Translations under genes and position numbers: made by a program
Assembly (NCBI GenBank): GCA_964472675.1
Contig: CAYYLO010000003.1
Span: forward strand, 3,768-67,767
From: an uncultured Gammaproteobacteria bacterium
GTDB taxonomy: Bacteria > Patescibacteriota > Microgenomatia > UBA8517 > UBA10165
Length of the DNA stretch: 64,000 nt
Reading direction: 5' to 3'
Shown: positions 1 to 9,388 of the stretch, in pieces
Position numbering within the stretch: the first letter of the stretch is position 1
How the letters are laid out: every line of letters begins with the position of its first letter
Notes under the pieces: generated by a model
Databases searched by the model: none
What the model was told of the DNA's origin: nothing
Seen by the model: only the letters and a program-made list of their open reading frames with translations

Positions 1-55
1 TAGTTTGATTGTAGCAGTTTCGAAAGTTGAGGCCAACTTGTGTACAATATACGCT

Positions 56-1144
56 ATGGACACAGATGAGCAAATTAGGGCAATAGAGATTGAAATGGCC
101 AAGACACCGTATCACAAGGCTACGCAGAAGTGGTTTGGGAAGATGCGGGCCAAAATTGCTAAATTGCGGGCACAAGAGACAGACCGCCAAGTTAAAAAAG
201 GTGGCGGTGGGGGTGGCGGGTTTGGCCTCAAAAAGTTTGGCGATGCGACTGTTGTATTAGTTGGTTTTCCTTCTGTTGGCAAATCAACACTTCTAAACAA
301 ACTTACCAATGCCAATTCCCCAACCGCTGAGTACGCGTTCACTACAGTTTCTGTAATACCAGGGATGATGAATTACAACGGCGCGCAGATACAAATTTTG
401 GATGTGCCGGGTTTGATTGAGGGCGCAGCCCGTGGTTTTGGCCGAGGGCGGGAAGTTTTGTCTGTTGCTCGCGGGGCAGACCTTTTGCTGCTTATTGCTG
501 AAGCCGGACACGAGAAAAGCCAGTTTACCAAGATTGAAACTGAGCTTTATCAAAACGGGGTCCGTTTAAATGAGGAAGAGCCGAATGTAGTTATCTCAAA
601 AACTTTACGGGGTGGTATTAAAATCAATTCCACAACATCACAAGAGCTATCCCGGGAGACAATTGTGGAAGTTGTCCATGAATTTGGCCTCATAAACGCA
701 GAAATTACGATCAAAGAAAAGCTTGACCTTGATCGTTTAATTGATGCTTTTGCTCCCAACAGAGTTTATATGCCTGCTTTATATGTAATTTCGAAAACAG
801 ATAAACATAAAGCGAAATATGAGCATGTGATTTCAATAAGTGCTGAAAAAGAAATAGGACTTGAAGAATTAAAGGAAGCGATATGGAATAATCTCAGATT
901 AGTGAGAATTAACCTAAGACCAGCCGGAAAATTAGCCTTACACCCCCGAGGTGTAAGCTCAAACGTTGAGCCACTGATTATGCATGAGGGGCAGAAGTTA
1001 AAGGACGTTTTGGAAGCGGTTAGCCGTGAGATGGCTCAAGACAAGAAAGCAGCAAAAATTTGGGGACCAGGGGCAAGATTTCCGGGGCAAACAGTTTCAT
1101 TTGAAACGCGAATACAGGATGGTATGGAGGTTACCTTTATCTAA
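56..1144 (+). CDS. DRG-family (Obg superfamily) GTPase with C-terminal TGS domain; true start probably Met at 56 (ORF opens at 5)
   Basis: G1 motif GFPSVGKSTLLNKLT, DxxG (LDVPG). DRG-specific N-terminal helix (EIEMAKT..HKAT..AKIAKLRAQ) and glycine-rich linker. C-terminal TGS-like segment (RLVRINLRP...). Confidence 0.65.
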   Translation: MDTDEQIRAIEIEMAKTPYHKATQKWFGKMRAKIAKLRAQETDRQVKKGGGGGGGFGLKKFGDATVVLVGFPSVGKSTLLNKLTNANSPTAEYAFTTVSVIPGMMNYNGAQIQILDVPGLIEGAARGFGRGREVLSVARGADLLLLIAEAGHEKSQFTKIETELYQNGVRLNEEEPNVVISKTLRGGIKINSTTSQELSRETIVEVVHEFGLINAEITIKEKLDLDRLIDAFAPNRVYMPALYVISKTDKHKAKYEHVISISAEKEIGLEELKEAIWNNLRLVRINLRPAGKLALHPRGVSSNVEPLIMHEGQKLKDVLEAVSREMAQDKKAAKIWGPGARFPGQTVSFETRIQDGMEVTFI

Positions 1145-1491
1145 TCATGAGAAAAGTTTTTCCATGAATCTGTTTGTTTATAAACCAGCCTTCGTGCTTC
1201 TGGCATAGATATACCCTGGAGAACCCCGCCTATTAATACCCCCTTTGCAAGCACAGCGTCTAAAATACCTGCATTTGTATATGTAGCTACAAGAAGTAAT
1301 ACACCACAAGTGAACCAATGGTGAAGATGTATTATGCGGCCGCGGGCAAAAAGACGTATGCTAGGAGTTAGCTGGACCCTACGACTCATTTTTATCGAGG
1401 GAATCTTGTGCCAAAGCTTTGAAGTCGGGTGGGTTAAATAATAAAAACCGGCATAGCCGGAAATTATGGACAGAACAAGAGCAAGATTCAT
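1141..1491 (-). CDS. hypothetical small membrane protein
   Basis: 116-aa ORF with hydrophobic segments; no recognisable motif. Confidence 0.25.
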   Translation of the reverse strand: MNLALVLSIISGYAGFYYLTHPTSKLWHKIPSIKMSRRVQLTPSIRLFARGRIIHLHHWFTCGVLLLVATYTNAGILDAVLAKGVLIGGVLQGISMPEARRLVYKQTDSWKNFSHD

Positions 1492-1619
1492 GTCAGATTT
1501 CTTTTATAACGAAGTTTGAAGAGAAATTCAAATTTCTTTTATAATGTAACACAACTTCAATTTAAATTCACGCCCAAATCTTGCGTAAACGTTACAATTC
1601 GTCCATAATCTTATTAAAT

Positions 1620-2135
1620 ATGCAGTTGCTAGGCGATAGTGAACATGAGGTAAAACACGCTCGCGCGAGTGTCACAGGTGATGCAATCCAAGGTGAGGCT
1701 GAGTTTGAAGAGTTGCAAATTGGAACACAAACGCTTGTCAGACTTACCTTAACTTTGTCAGGCAATCCTCAAAAATTAGTCCCCGGTCTTCATGCAGTTC
1801 ATATCCACGAAAAAGCAGATTGCAGCGGAGATTTTGCCTGCGCTGGCGGACATTTTGACCCGGGGCCTTCCGGCAATTCTGATCCGGATGTCAACCATCC
1901 CTTCCACATGGGTGATTTACCCAATATTCTAATTGACGATGAAGGTAATGGAGTTTTGCAATGTGTGAGTACGCGCATTACCTTGTCTTCCGGCCCCCTT
2001 TCTATACTTGACGGAGAAGGCACTTCTCTGATGGTACATGCCAATCAGGACCCGTACCGTGGCGGTGAACATGGTTCAGGAATTTCCGGAGGGCCAAGAA
2101 TTGCCTGCGGAATTATCCGGGAAGTTCCTCTTTAG
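1620..2135 (+). CDS. sodC: Cu/Zn superoxide dismutase (ORF track opens at TTG 1581; ATG at 1620 more likely)
   Basis: Copper/zinc ligand motifs HAVHIHEKADCS, GGHFDPG, HMGDLPN, HANQDPY and C-terminal GPRIACGII. No obvious signal peptide. Confidence 0.7.
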   Translation: MQLLGDSEHEVKHARASVTGDAIQGEAEFEELQIGTQTLVRLTLTLSGNPQKLVPGLHAVHIHEKADCSGDFACAGGHFDPGPSGNSDPDVNHPFHMGDLPNILIDDEGNGVLQCVSTRITLSSGPLSILDGEGTSLMVHANQDPYRGGEHGSGISGGPRIACGIIREVPL

Positions 2136-2190
2136 AAATTCTTACCTTCTTCTTTCCGTTTTTGGGGGGAATCTGCTCTCTTGACAGTAA

Positions 2191-2225
2191 GAAAACCTTT
2201 TGATATATTGCCCCTCGCAGCTTAA
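2191..2225 (+). promoter_or_regulatory. sigma70-like promoter (TTGACA-17-TATATT) upstream of GH18 gene
   Basis: cTTGACAgtaagaaaaccttttgaTATATTg read directly. Confidence 0.4.
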
Positions 2226-2319
2226 AAAAACTTGCCCTGACTGATTCTTTAACCCGTCCTCACTTTCTTACACAAATTCTTCTTGGGGGTGCAGGAGTTT
2301 TAGTGTTGCACTAAATGCT

Positions 2320-3591
2320 TTGATAAAAATATTCAAATCTTCCCAAACATGGTTGGTTTGCGGCCTGGCTCTCTGGCTTTTAGGGGTAGCTCTAATGTCC
2401 AAACCTGTCGATGTGCTTTCGCCTCTTTATCCTAACCATATTCGGCCAGTTGCTAATGCTTCGCATATAGGTTATGAAATTTTTGGCTTTGCTCCACATT
2501 GGACACTGGACAAGCTGGACAATGTTGACTTTAATGTTTTAACAACACTAGCTTACTTTGGCGTCCCTGTTTTGGCTGATGGCAATTTGGATACCTCAAG
2601 TCGCGGATATGAAGTATTTAAAAGCAACAATGCAACAGAATTGTTTAATAAAGCACACAATCATGGCACACGCATACAGCTGACCTTGATTCAAATGGAC
2701 GCGGGAACGACAGAAAAGTTTTTGTCAAATAAGGACGCACAATCTCGCACGATTGATCAGGCTGTGAATGAGGTAAGTGCGCGCGGCATAGATGGGATAA
2801 ACGTTGATTTCGAATATTTTGGCTCAAACGGGGAAAAATATCGCCAGGACTTTACCAACTTTGTGGCAAATCTTACCCTGGCATTACATCAGCGTGTGCC
2901 GGGTAGTAAAGTAAGCGTAGCGTTATATGCTTCTGCTACTATATCTCCAAGAATTTATGATATTTCCTCGCTTTCTAAAACTTCTGATCAGATATTTATG
3001 ATGGCATACGACTTTGCCGGCACAAAGGCGGATATAGTTGCTCCGACATCTCCATTATATGGCGCCCAAGATGGTAGTTACTGGTATGACATTTCAACAG
3101 CCGTTGACGATTTTTTGACCCAAATGCCGTGCAACAAATTAGTTTTGGGGCTGCCCTGGTATGGGTATAATTATCCTGTCTATTCTCCGGGCAACAATGC
3201 TCTGACGCAAAAGGGTTACTATGTTTCCTCGCGTGTTCGCACAAAGCGTGGTTATAAAATAGTTCGCCGTTTTGTGAGCCCCCCTCCCTCTTTGGCTACC
3301 ACTTATGCACAACTCCAGCAGATTGGGTTTCATGGGGAAGGATTTACAACTGGATGGGACGATAAAGGACAGGTTGGCTGGGTAGCTTATAAACAAAACG
3401 GGGTTTGGAGGATGGCGTATCAGGAAGACACAAGGTCACTTGCTATTAAGTACGATTTTGCTAAACAAAAGAACCTGGGTGGGGTAGGTATTTGGGCTTT
3501 GGGGTTTGAGGGAGATACTAACGATTTCTGGGCATTGTTGCGTGAGAAGTTTAGTGCTCCCGTTTCGGCTGATGCAAGTGTAATACGATGA
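2320..3591 (+). CDS. glycoside hydrolase family 18 (chitinase-like / peptidoglycan hydrolase-like), membrane-anchored
   Basis: GH18 catalytic motif DGINVDFEYFG (DxxDxDxE) and MMAYDF; N-terminal TM helix; TTG start. Confidence 0.6.
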   Translation: MIKIFKSSQTWLVCGLALWLLGVALMSKPVDVLSPLYPNHIRPVANASHIGYEIFGFAPHWTLDKLDNVDFNVLTTLAYFGVPVLADGNLDTSSRGYEVFKSNNATELFNKAHNHGTRIQLTLIQMDAGTTEKFLSNKDAQSRTIDQAVNEVSARGIDGINVDFEYFGSNGEKYRQDFTNFVANLTLALHQRVPGSKVSVALYASATISPRIYDISSLSKTSDQIFMMAYDFAGTKADIVAPTSPLYGAQDGSYWYDISTAVDDFLTQMPCNKLVLGLPWYGYNYPVYSPGNNALTQKGYYVSSRVRTKRGYKIVRRFVSPPPSLATTYAQLQQIGFHGEGFTTGWDDKGQVGWVAYKQNGVWRMAYQEDTRSLAIKYDFAKQKNLGGVGIWALGFEGDTNDFWALLREKFSAPVSADASVIR

Positions 3592-3773
3592 AGATTTTTG
3601 AAGCTTTAGAAACGATATTGGCGGCTGTAGATTTAAAGAGACAATGGGTTACGTTTATAGTGAGCCTTTTGATTGTTTACTGGTTTGTATCCTTCCCTCT
3701 TTTTTCCTGGGTGTCGGCCAAGTTCCCGGTGTTTAACTTCCTGTCCGGAATTGAACAGTTTTTTGGGAATTGA
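3588..3773 (+). CDS. hypothetical small membrane protein
   Basis: 61-aa hydrophobic ORF overlapping upstream stop by 4 nt. Confidence 0.2.
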   Translation: MKIFEALETILAAVDLKRQWVTFIVSLLIVYWFVSFPLFSWVSAKFPVFNFLSGIEQFFGN

Positions 3774-3822
3774 AGTTCCGAGGTTTAAAAAACTTCGAGT
3801 TTTGTAAAGGCGGACTAAATTT

Positions 3823-5928
3823 GTGCTGCCACCTCTTACAATACTCTACCCCACTTTTCACCCCCCCACTATCAAACTAGTTCAAACTCTAGACAAAATG
3901 GATAGGCTGCCCCTGGGCGCAAAATCTTTGGTTGTCAAAACACTAATAACGGGAGTTGTTTTGCTTTTGACTATTTTGGCCATCCTGCCCGTTTTAACGC
4001 ACCTTTTCTACTCACGAGATCTAACAAGCCCCGAGAAAATAATGTATAGAAATGACACTGGGGTTATTCTTTTAGATAGAAAAGGCAGGCCTTTTTTTAC
4101 ATTTTCCGGCGCCAAAGATAAACAATTTGTTTCTTTAGACCAGATACCCAAAGACACACAAAATGCGTTTGTGGCTATAGAAGACAAAAGTTTTTGGGAT
4201 CACAAAGGCGTGTCTTTGCGGGCAATAATTCGCTCCTCCGTAGCCAATATTTTTTCAGGTAGCTTAAGTTATGGAGGTTCAACAATTACACAGCAGTTGG
4301 CAAGAGGCGCTCTTTTGTCCAGCAGAAAAAGTTTTGTCCGCAAATATCAAGAGCTGGTTTTAGCAAGAGAAATTGAAGAAAGGTACCCAAAACAGAAAAT
4401 CCTGGAAATGTATTTAAATACGGTTTACATGGGCAAGGGTTGTTTTGGGGTTGAGCAATGTGCCCAAACTTACTTTGGCAAAAATGCCAAAGACTTGAAC
4501 ATCGCTCAATCTGCCTTTCTTGCGGGGTTGTTGCCTGCGCCGTCAAGGCTTTCTGATCCTGCCTCTTTTCCTGAAGCTAAAAAACGGCAAAAGTTGGTCT
4601 TGCAGAAAATGCGCGAACAAAGATATATCAACCAAGACCAGGAGGGACAAGCGGGAGATGTACCGCTTGCCTTTGCAGATGGAACTCAGGCAATTGGGTA
4701 TGAGGCGCCACATTTTGCTTTTTTAGTTTTGGACCAGCTTAATAGTATTTATGGGGAAGAGTATGTAGCGCGATCCGGGTTTAAGGTGCGCACAAGTTTG
4801 GATTTAGACTGGCAAAAATATGCCCAGGAATCGGTTAGCAAAAACGTTACACTTATGGCTTCCAGAAATGTTTCAAATGGGGCTGCGGTTGTTCTTGATC
4901 CAAAGAGTGGAGAAATAAGGGCTTTGGTTGGCAGTCTGGACTGGTCAAACTCCGATTTTGGCAAAGTAAATGTAGCTACCAGCCTTCGCCAGCCAGGCTC
5001 TTCTTTTAAACCCATTTTATATGCAGCAGCTTTAGAAAACCAGGCAATTACTTTAGCTTCGGTATTGGACGACTCCCCTATTGAGATAAAAACAGCAGTT
5101 GGGCCGTATCGCCCAAAAAATTATGACGGTAAATTCCGCGGGAAAGTTTTAGTCAGGCGGGCTCTTGCTAATTCCTTAAATATTCCGGCGGTTAAGGTTA
5201 TCCAAAAAATTGGGGTGCCCCAGGCTTTATCAATGGCTCGCCGCTTAGGTATAACCAGCCTTGATCAGGAGGACAGGTTTGGCCCCTCGCTGGCTTTGGG
5301 GACAGGTGAAGTTCAGCTTGTCCAACTAGTTGGCGCATATGCTGTATTTGCCAACGAAGGCAAAAGATCTGAGCCTACCACTATCTTGGAGATTAAAGAT
5401 AAATATGGCAAACAAATTTATAATAATACAACGATAACCGAGCAAATTTTGGATCCGCGGGTAGCGTTTTTGATTTCATCCATATTATCTGACAGCAAAG
5501 CTCGTGAAGAAGAGTTTGGCAGGCTGCTTACTATCAGCCGGCCTGCGGCCGTAAAGACCGGGACTACCCAAACATACAGGGATTCCTGGACCGTGGGCTA
5601 TACCCCAAGTTTGGTTGTGGGCGTGTGGGTAGGGAACAATAGTGGCCGTTCGATGGACCGTGTGGCAGGTTCGATGGGCGCTGCGCCAATCTGGAAAGAT
5701 TTGATGGAACATTACCTTGCGGGAACAGCAATCGAAGAGTTCAAACTGCCGGAGGGGATTGTAGAACATACAATTTGTGACAAGGGAAATGTTTTAAATG
5801 AATATTTTATTTCGGGAACTGAACCGAAACAGGTTTGTATCCCCCCTTCCCCACAATTGTTGCAGCCTCCTGCTACAGTTACAACAGTTCAATCTCCGGT
5901 TGCCGCTGTTCCGCTTGACAATAATTAA
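3823..5928 (+). CDS. class A penicillin-binding protein (bifunctional transglycosylase/transpeptidase, PBP1A-type)
   Basis: GT51 motifs (AIEDKSFWDHKGV; RGALLSS..RK..E). Transpeptidase motifs SSFKP (SxxK) and KTGTT. N-terminal TM helix. Confidence 0.85.
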   Translation: MLPPLTILYPTFHPPTIKLVQTLDKMDRLPLGAKSLVVKTLITGVVLLLTILAILPVLTHLFYSRDLTSPEKIMYRNDTGVILLDRKGRPFFTFSGAKDKQFVSLDQIPKDTQNAFVAIEDKSFWDHKGVSLRAIIRSSVANIFSGSLSYGGSTITQQLARGALLSSRKSFVRKYQELVLAREIEERYPKQKILEMYLNTVYMGKGCFGVEQCAQTYFGKNAKDLNIAQSAFLAGLLPAPSRLSDPASFPEAKKRQKLVLQKMREQRYINQDQEGQAGDVPLAFADGTQAIGYEAPHFAFLVLDQLNSIYGEEYVARSGFKVRTSLDLDWQKYAQESVSKNVTLMASRNVSNGAAVVLDPKSGEIRALVGSLDWSNSDFGKVNVATSLRQPGSSFKPILYAAALENQAITLASVLDDSPIEIKTAVGPYRPKNYDGKFRGKVLVRRALANSLNIPAVKVIQKIGVPQALSMARRLGITSLDQEDRFGPSLALGTGEVQLVQLVGAYAVFANEGKRSEPTTILEIKDKYGKQIYNNTTITEQILDPRVAFLISSILSDSKAREEEFGRLLTISRPAAVKTGTTQTYRDSWTVGYTPSLVVGVWVGNNSGRSMDRVAGSMGAAPIWKDLMEHYLAGTAIEEFKLPEGIVEHTICDKGNVLNEYFISGTEPKQVCIPPSPQLLQPPATVTTVQSPVAAVPLDNN

Positions 5929-6013
5929 CTTCTTACAAGATTTTGCAGTCGATTCTCACGGTTAGTGTGTACGCTGCTAAGGTTAAAGTATTAAGGTGGT
6001 GAGAATTTTAGAT

Positions 6014-6169
6014 ATGGCCCAACAGATTGCAGACAAAGTAAGGGGGTTTGCTGCCCTTTCCGAAGCAGAAAAGAAATACGACCGGCGCGGACGCGCCAAA
6101 CCGGTTATTAAGGCTAAGAACAGCCGCAAAAGTGTCAAAAAGGGGGATGAGTATTACGAGTGGTAAATT
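6014..6169 (+). CDS. small basic protein (51 aa), hypothetical; not in ORF track
   Basis: Strong SD AAGGTGGTGA 6-8 nt before ATG at 6014. ORF MAQQIADKVRGFAALSEAEKKYDRRGRAKPVIKAKNSRKSVKKGDEYYEW. Confidence 0.35.
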
Positions 6170-6246
6170 CTTATTCACTACGAAAGAATTCACTCTCAGG
6201 GCAAAAAGTGCTTCTATTTAGCATACCCCTGACTGAGTTTGGAGTA

Positions 6247-6816
6247 CTAGTTTTTCTTTAGAAGATATACCGTGTGCCCTTTTCTTTTTTTGATGGCTAA
6301 CATTCGTAACTTGTATTTTCTTTCGACAAGGTGTGGAAGACGGTTTAGGGCGTTGACCACAACGACCCAAAGTTCCCCGCCGGGATTAAGAATGTCATGA
6401 GGTTTAACTATAAACTCTTCAATAATCGCCTCGTCCCCGAGTTTTGCTGGGATATTTGAAACGATTAGATCGAACGTTCTGTCCTGCACGGCTTCTATCC
6501 CAACACTGCCCAAAGCTTGAGCATTTGTTATTGCGTTTTTCTGTATGTTCTTCTCTGTGTAACGTACCGCAAGCAAATCCCGATCTATCATCCAGAATTG
6601 TGCATCGGGGATAGTTTTTGCAAGCACTATTCCGATTACTCCATATCCACATCCAATGTCTAAAATAGTTTTGGGATTATTAGGTTTTATTGCTCGGAGA
6701 AGTACGTCGGTTCCGTGATCAATGTCAAAAGTGGAAAACAACGTATTTCCGATATCAAACTTAAATTTTTTGTTGTTATATTTGCAACTAACCTCTTTTT
6801 TAAAATACACATCCAT
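6247..6816 (-). CDS. class I SAM-dependent methyltransferase (RsmC/RlmG-like small rRNA methyltransferase)
   Basis: SAM-binding motif LDIGCGYGVIGIVLA; motif IV-like IVSNIP. Confidence 0.55.
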   Translation of the reverse strand: MDVYFKKEVSCKYNNKKFKFDIGNTLFSTFDIDHGTDVLLRAIKPNNPKTILDIGCGYGVIGIVLAKTIPDAQFWMIDRDLLAVRYTEKNIQKNAITNAQALGSVGIEAVQDRTFDLIVSNIPAKLGDEAIIEEFIVKPHDILNPGGELWVVVVNALNRLPHLVERKYKLRMLAIKKRKGHTVYLLKKN

Positions 6817-6843
6817 GCCTGAAGTATATCAGGAATCAGTTTT

Positions 6844-8115
6844 TTATCGCACCAAAATCTCCTCCAATTCCTTGATTCCCCCGAAGGCGATGCGGTCGGG
6901 AATCGTGTTTTGAGTTCCCAGCATCCGTGCAGGAGTGATGACGAAGTTTCCCCAGCGCTGATTTATTTTATCTACAGCTTGGGTAAGTTTAGTTTTTTGA
7001 CCTAGCTCTCCAAAAAGGTCGGGTTGAAGGCTGGTTAGCTTTTGCAGGTTAAAGCAGGATTCGGCCAAAAGAATAACAGGCTTTTTCTTTGGGCAGTTGA
7101 TAAGCAGGCGGAAAACTTCTTTATAAATATCTCGCGAGTCAAAAAACGCTTTGGAGATAGTGTGACCATGATGCCACCAGTCATGGTCTTGAAAAACTAA
7201 AGATAAATGAACTCCTTGGGCTGCATACCCGGCGTTTCTTAGGCGGGAACCGGTTTTTTCGACCAGCTTTTGCAAGATAGGAGCCAGTTCTTCAGTATTG
7301 GCAAGAGGACGCGGAAGAGCAAAAGAATTACCAAAGCTTTTTCGCAAAGATTCTACATCGTCTATTTCCCAACCATGTAAGCGTACATGCCAGTAATATC
7401 CGTTAATTGAAGAAAAAGCGCTTTTGAGCCGGTGGACGGGGGCATTGTAAAAATCCATCACCGTGTGGATTCCCATACTGCCCAAACGGGCGGCGTTTCG
7501 GGCTTTGATTCCGCACAGGTCTGTAAGTTTTAAGCTCTGGAAAATCTTTTCATAATTGTTTTGATTGATAACATCTAAGCCGTCGGGTTTACGCAAACCC
7601 GCGCCCGTTTTGGCCAGGAAGCGGTTGGGAGCAATTCCAATAGAAACTGTCAGCCAATCCCCTATTTCTTCTTTGATTCTTTTTTTTATTTCGGCAGCGA
7701 CGTTGACTATACCTTTCTTGAAAGCAGGATAGCCTTCAAGATTTAACACAAACTCGTCTATAGATTTAGGGGCTAGTTTGTCGGTGTAAATTGATAAAAG
7801 TTTGCGTAAGCGAAGATGAACAGTACGGTATTTCCAAGGGTCCGGAGAAAGAACGATTAGGTTTGGATAAAGCAGTTTTCCCTCTTTGACGCGCATGCCG
7901 GTTTTGATGCCAAAACGCTTGGCTTCGATAGACGGTGCCAAAATGCAGCCGGAGGGAGAATTGTAAGCGGCCACAGCGATGGGTTTTCCTCGCAATTTAG
8001 GATTTGCCTGCTGTTCAATTGTTGCAAAGCAAGAGTTAAGATCAATATGCAAAACACTTGGATCTTTTGGGTTGAAAGGTAATTGAAATGGTTGCATTTT
8101 AGTCCGCTTCTCCAT
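6844..8115 (-). CDS. Y-family translesion DNA polymerase, UmuC/ImpB-like
   Basis: N-terminal LHIDLNSCFATIEQ (DxD-F-A-xVE); AAYNSPSGCILA resembles UmuC SNNDGCVIA; 423 aa. Confidence 0.8.
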   Translation of the reverse strand: MEKRTKMQPFQLPFNPKDPSVLHIDLNSCFATIEQQANPKLRGKPIAVAAYNSPSGCILAPSIEAKRFGIKTGMRVKEGKLLYPNLIVLSPDPWKYRTVHLRLRKLLSIYTDKLAPKSIDEFVLNLEGYPAFKKGIVNVAAEIKKRIKEEIGDWLTVSIGIAPNRFLAKTGAGLRKPDGLDVINQNNYEKIFQSLKLTDLCGIKARNAARLGSMGIHTVMDFYNAPVHRLKSAFSSINGYYWHVRLHGWEIDDVESLRKSFGNSFALPRPLANTEELAPILQKLVEKTGSRLRNAGYAAQGVHLSLVFQDHDWWHHGHTISKAFFDSRDIYKEVFRLLINCPKKKPVILLAESCFNLQKLTSLQPDLFGELGQKTKLTQAVDKINQRWGNFVITPARMLGTQNTIPDRIAFGGIKELEEILVR

Positions 8116-8359
8116 CCGCTATCTCTTCAACTGTCCAAAAAAGGGTTTCCGTATTTAAAACCAATTTAAAATATAAAGTTGCACTCTCGACTGAAAAAAC
8201 GTGCATTAATGTGCGTCCCACACGGTAAGAGTGGTGAAATCCGAGCCTGATGACTTTGTGAGTTTGTCCTTCCCAAATTACCCATCTAGGAAGGACAGAG
8301 CGGCACCTATGGTTAAAAACTAGAGCGACAGAAACTGGAGCGCTAATCTTTTGAACCAT
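8099..8359 (-). CDS. small ORF translationally coupled upstream of UmuC-like polymerase (possible accessory, YolD-like?)
   Basis: 86-aa ORF overlaps polymerase start by 17 nt; no S24/UmuD motif seen. Confidence 0.25.
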   Translation of the reverse strand: MVQKISAPVSVALVFNHRCRSVLPRWVIWEGQTHKVIRLGFHHSYRVGRTLMHVFSVESATLYFKLVLNTETLFWTVEEIADGEAD

Positions 8360-8463
8360 ACCCTATTAAACACCCGAACAAAGTACGAAGTCAACCCCGT
8401 CATGGTCAGTTATATTATTGCCTCTTGCACTTCTGCTTGTCTTTACGCTAAATTAAAAAGCTG

Positions 8464-8934
8464 ATGGCTGCCCAGGACCAAACAAACTTTCAAACACCCG
8501 AGCAAAAACTTGAGTCTTTTGGTGAAAACACGAATAACCAAGCTGTGACTCTCCTTTCTGTTGAAAATGCAATTAAGGCAAGGCTTGCTCAAATTGAAAA
8601 ACAAAAGGAAGAAACCAAAGCTTTAAAAGAGATGGTAGATTCTTACCTTCTTAACGATCCTCTTTTTCAGGAACATGAAGAAATGGCCAAAAATGCCGCA
8701 AAACAGAGGAATGCAACTAAAAAAGCTCTTCTTTCCAAGTCTGACGCAAAGCAGATTGTGGAAAAATTGAAAATCGCGTTAGGCGAGGCAAAAGAGCTAA
8801 AAGATGGCCTGTCTTATTATTTGACACAATATCAGCAAATGACCGGACGGAACCAATTTGAAGATGAAGATGGCGAAGTCCGTGATATTGTCTACGTTGC
8901 CAAGCTCGTCAAACGCTCCGCATTTGATAAGTAA
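8464..8934 (+). CDS. hypothetical coiled-coil protein
   Basis: 156-aa K/E-rich ORF; no motif. Confidence 0.4.
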   Translation: MAAQDQTNFQTPEQKLESFGENTNNQAVTLLSVENAIKARLAQIEKQKEETKALKEMVDSYLLNDPLFQEHEEMAKNAAKQRNATKKALLSKSDAKQIVEKLKIALGEAKELKDGLSYYLTQYQQMTGRNQFEDEDGEVRDIVYVAKLVKRSAFDK

Positions 8935-8983
8935 CCTCTTCTGCTCTTCTTGTTTTCTTGTCTCCAAAGTGTAACATGGATAT

Positions 8984-9220
8984 ATGCTAACGCAACAAGA
9001 TTTGGAGCAGATAGAAGAACTGATTGAAGAAAAAATTGTCGAGAGAATTAGGCTGCTTCCTACTAGGGACGAGTTCTTCTCGAAAATGGACGAACTTATA
9101 ACGGAGTTAAAAGCCATGCGTGAGGAGCATGCTGTTTCGAAAGGCCAGGTAATTGATCACGAGGAAAGGCTGGAAAGTTTAGAAGAAATTCATCCCCAAG
9201 GCAAACACATACCTCTTTAA
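8984..9220 (+). CDS. hypothetical small coiled-coil protein with C-terminal EEIHPQGKH motif (paralog at 61091-61415)
   Basis: 78-aa ORF; C-terminus VIDHEERLESLEEIHPQGKHIPL matches HEQRLIKLEKIHPKGKHAIPVSS at 61339-61415. Confidence 0.4.
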   Translation: MLTQQDLEQIEELIEEKIVERIRLLPTRDEFFSKMDELITELKAMREEHAVSKGQVIDHEERLESLEEIHPQGKHIPL

Positions 9221-9388
9221 AAGTAAAAAGCCGGGAAACAAGCATTTTCGTATACGTTGCACGAAAGCGCTCATCTCCCGGCTGTGGGTTAGCACCATTG
9301 CATGGCTGCAAGTGGAGCCCCAAGCCAGGAAGCAAGCTCCTGAATTGTTCTTGTTCCTGTGAGAGAGTACGCCTCAGAAAGGTGTATC

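Noticed and set aside
181-240. Poly-glycine-encoding ggtggcggtgggggtggcggg run that could be mistaken for a G-quadruplex-type repeat
   Set aside because: It is in-frame within the DRG GTPase (KKGGGGGGGFGLKK linker), consistent with DRG glycine-rich linkers. Not a separate element.
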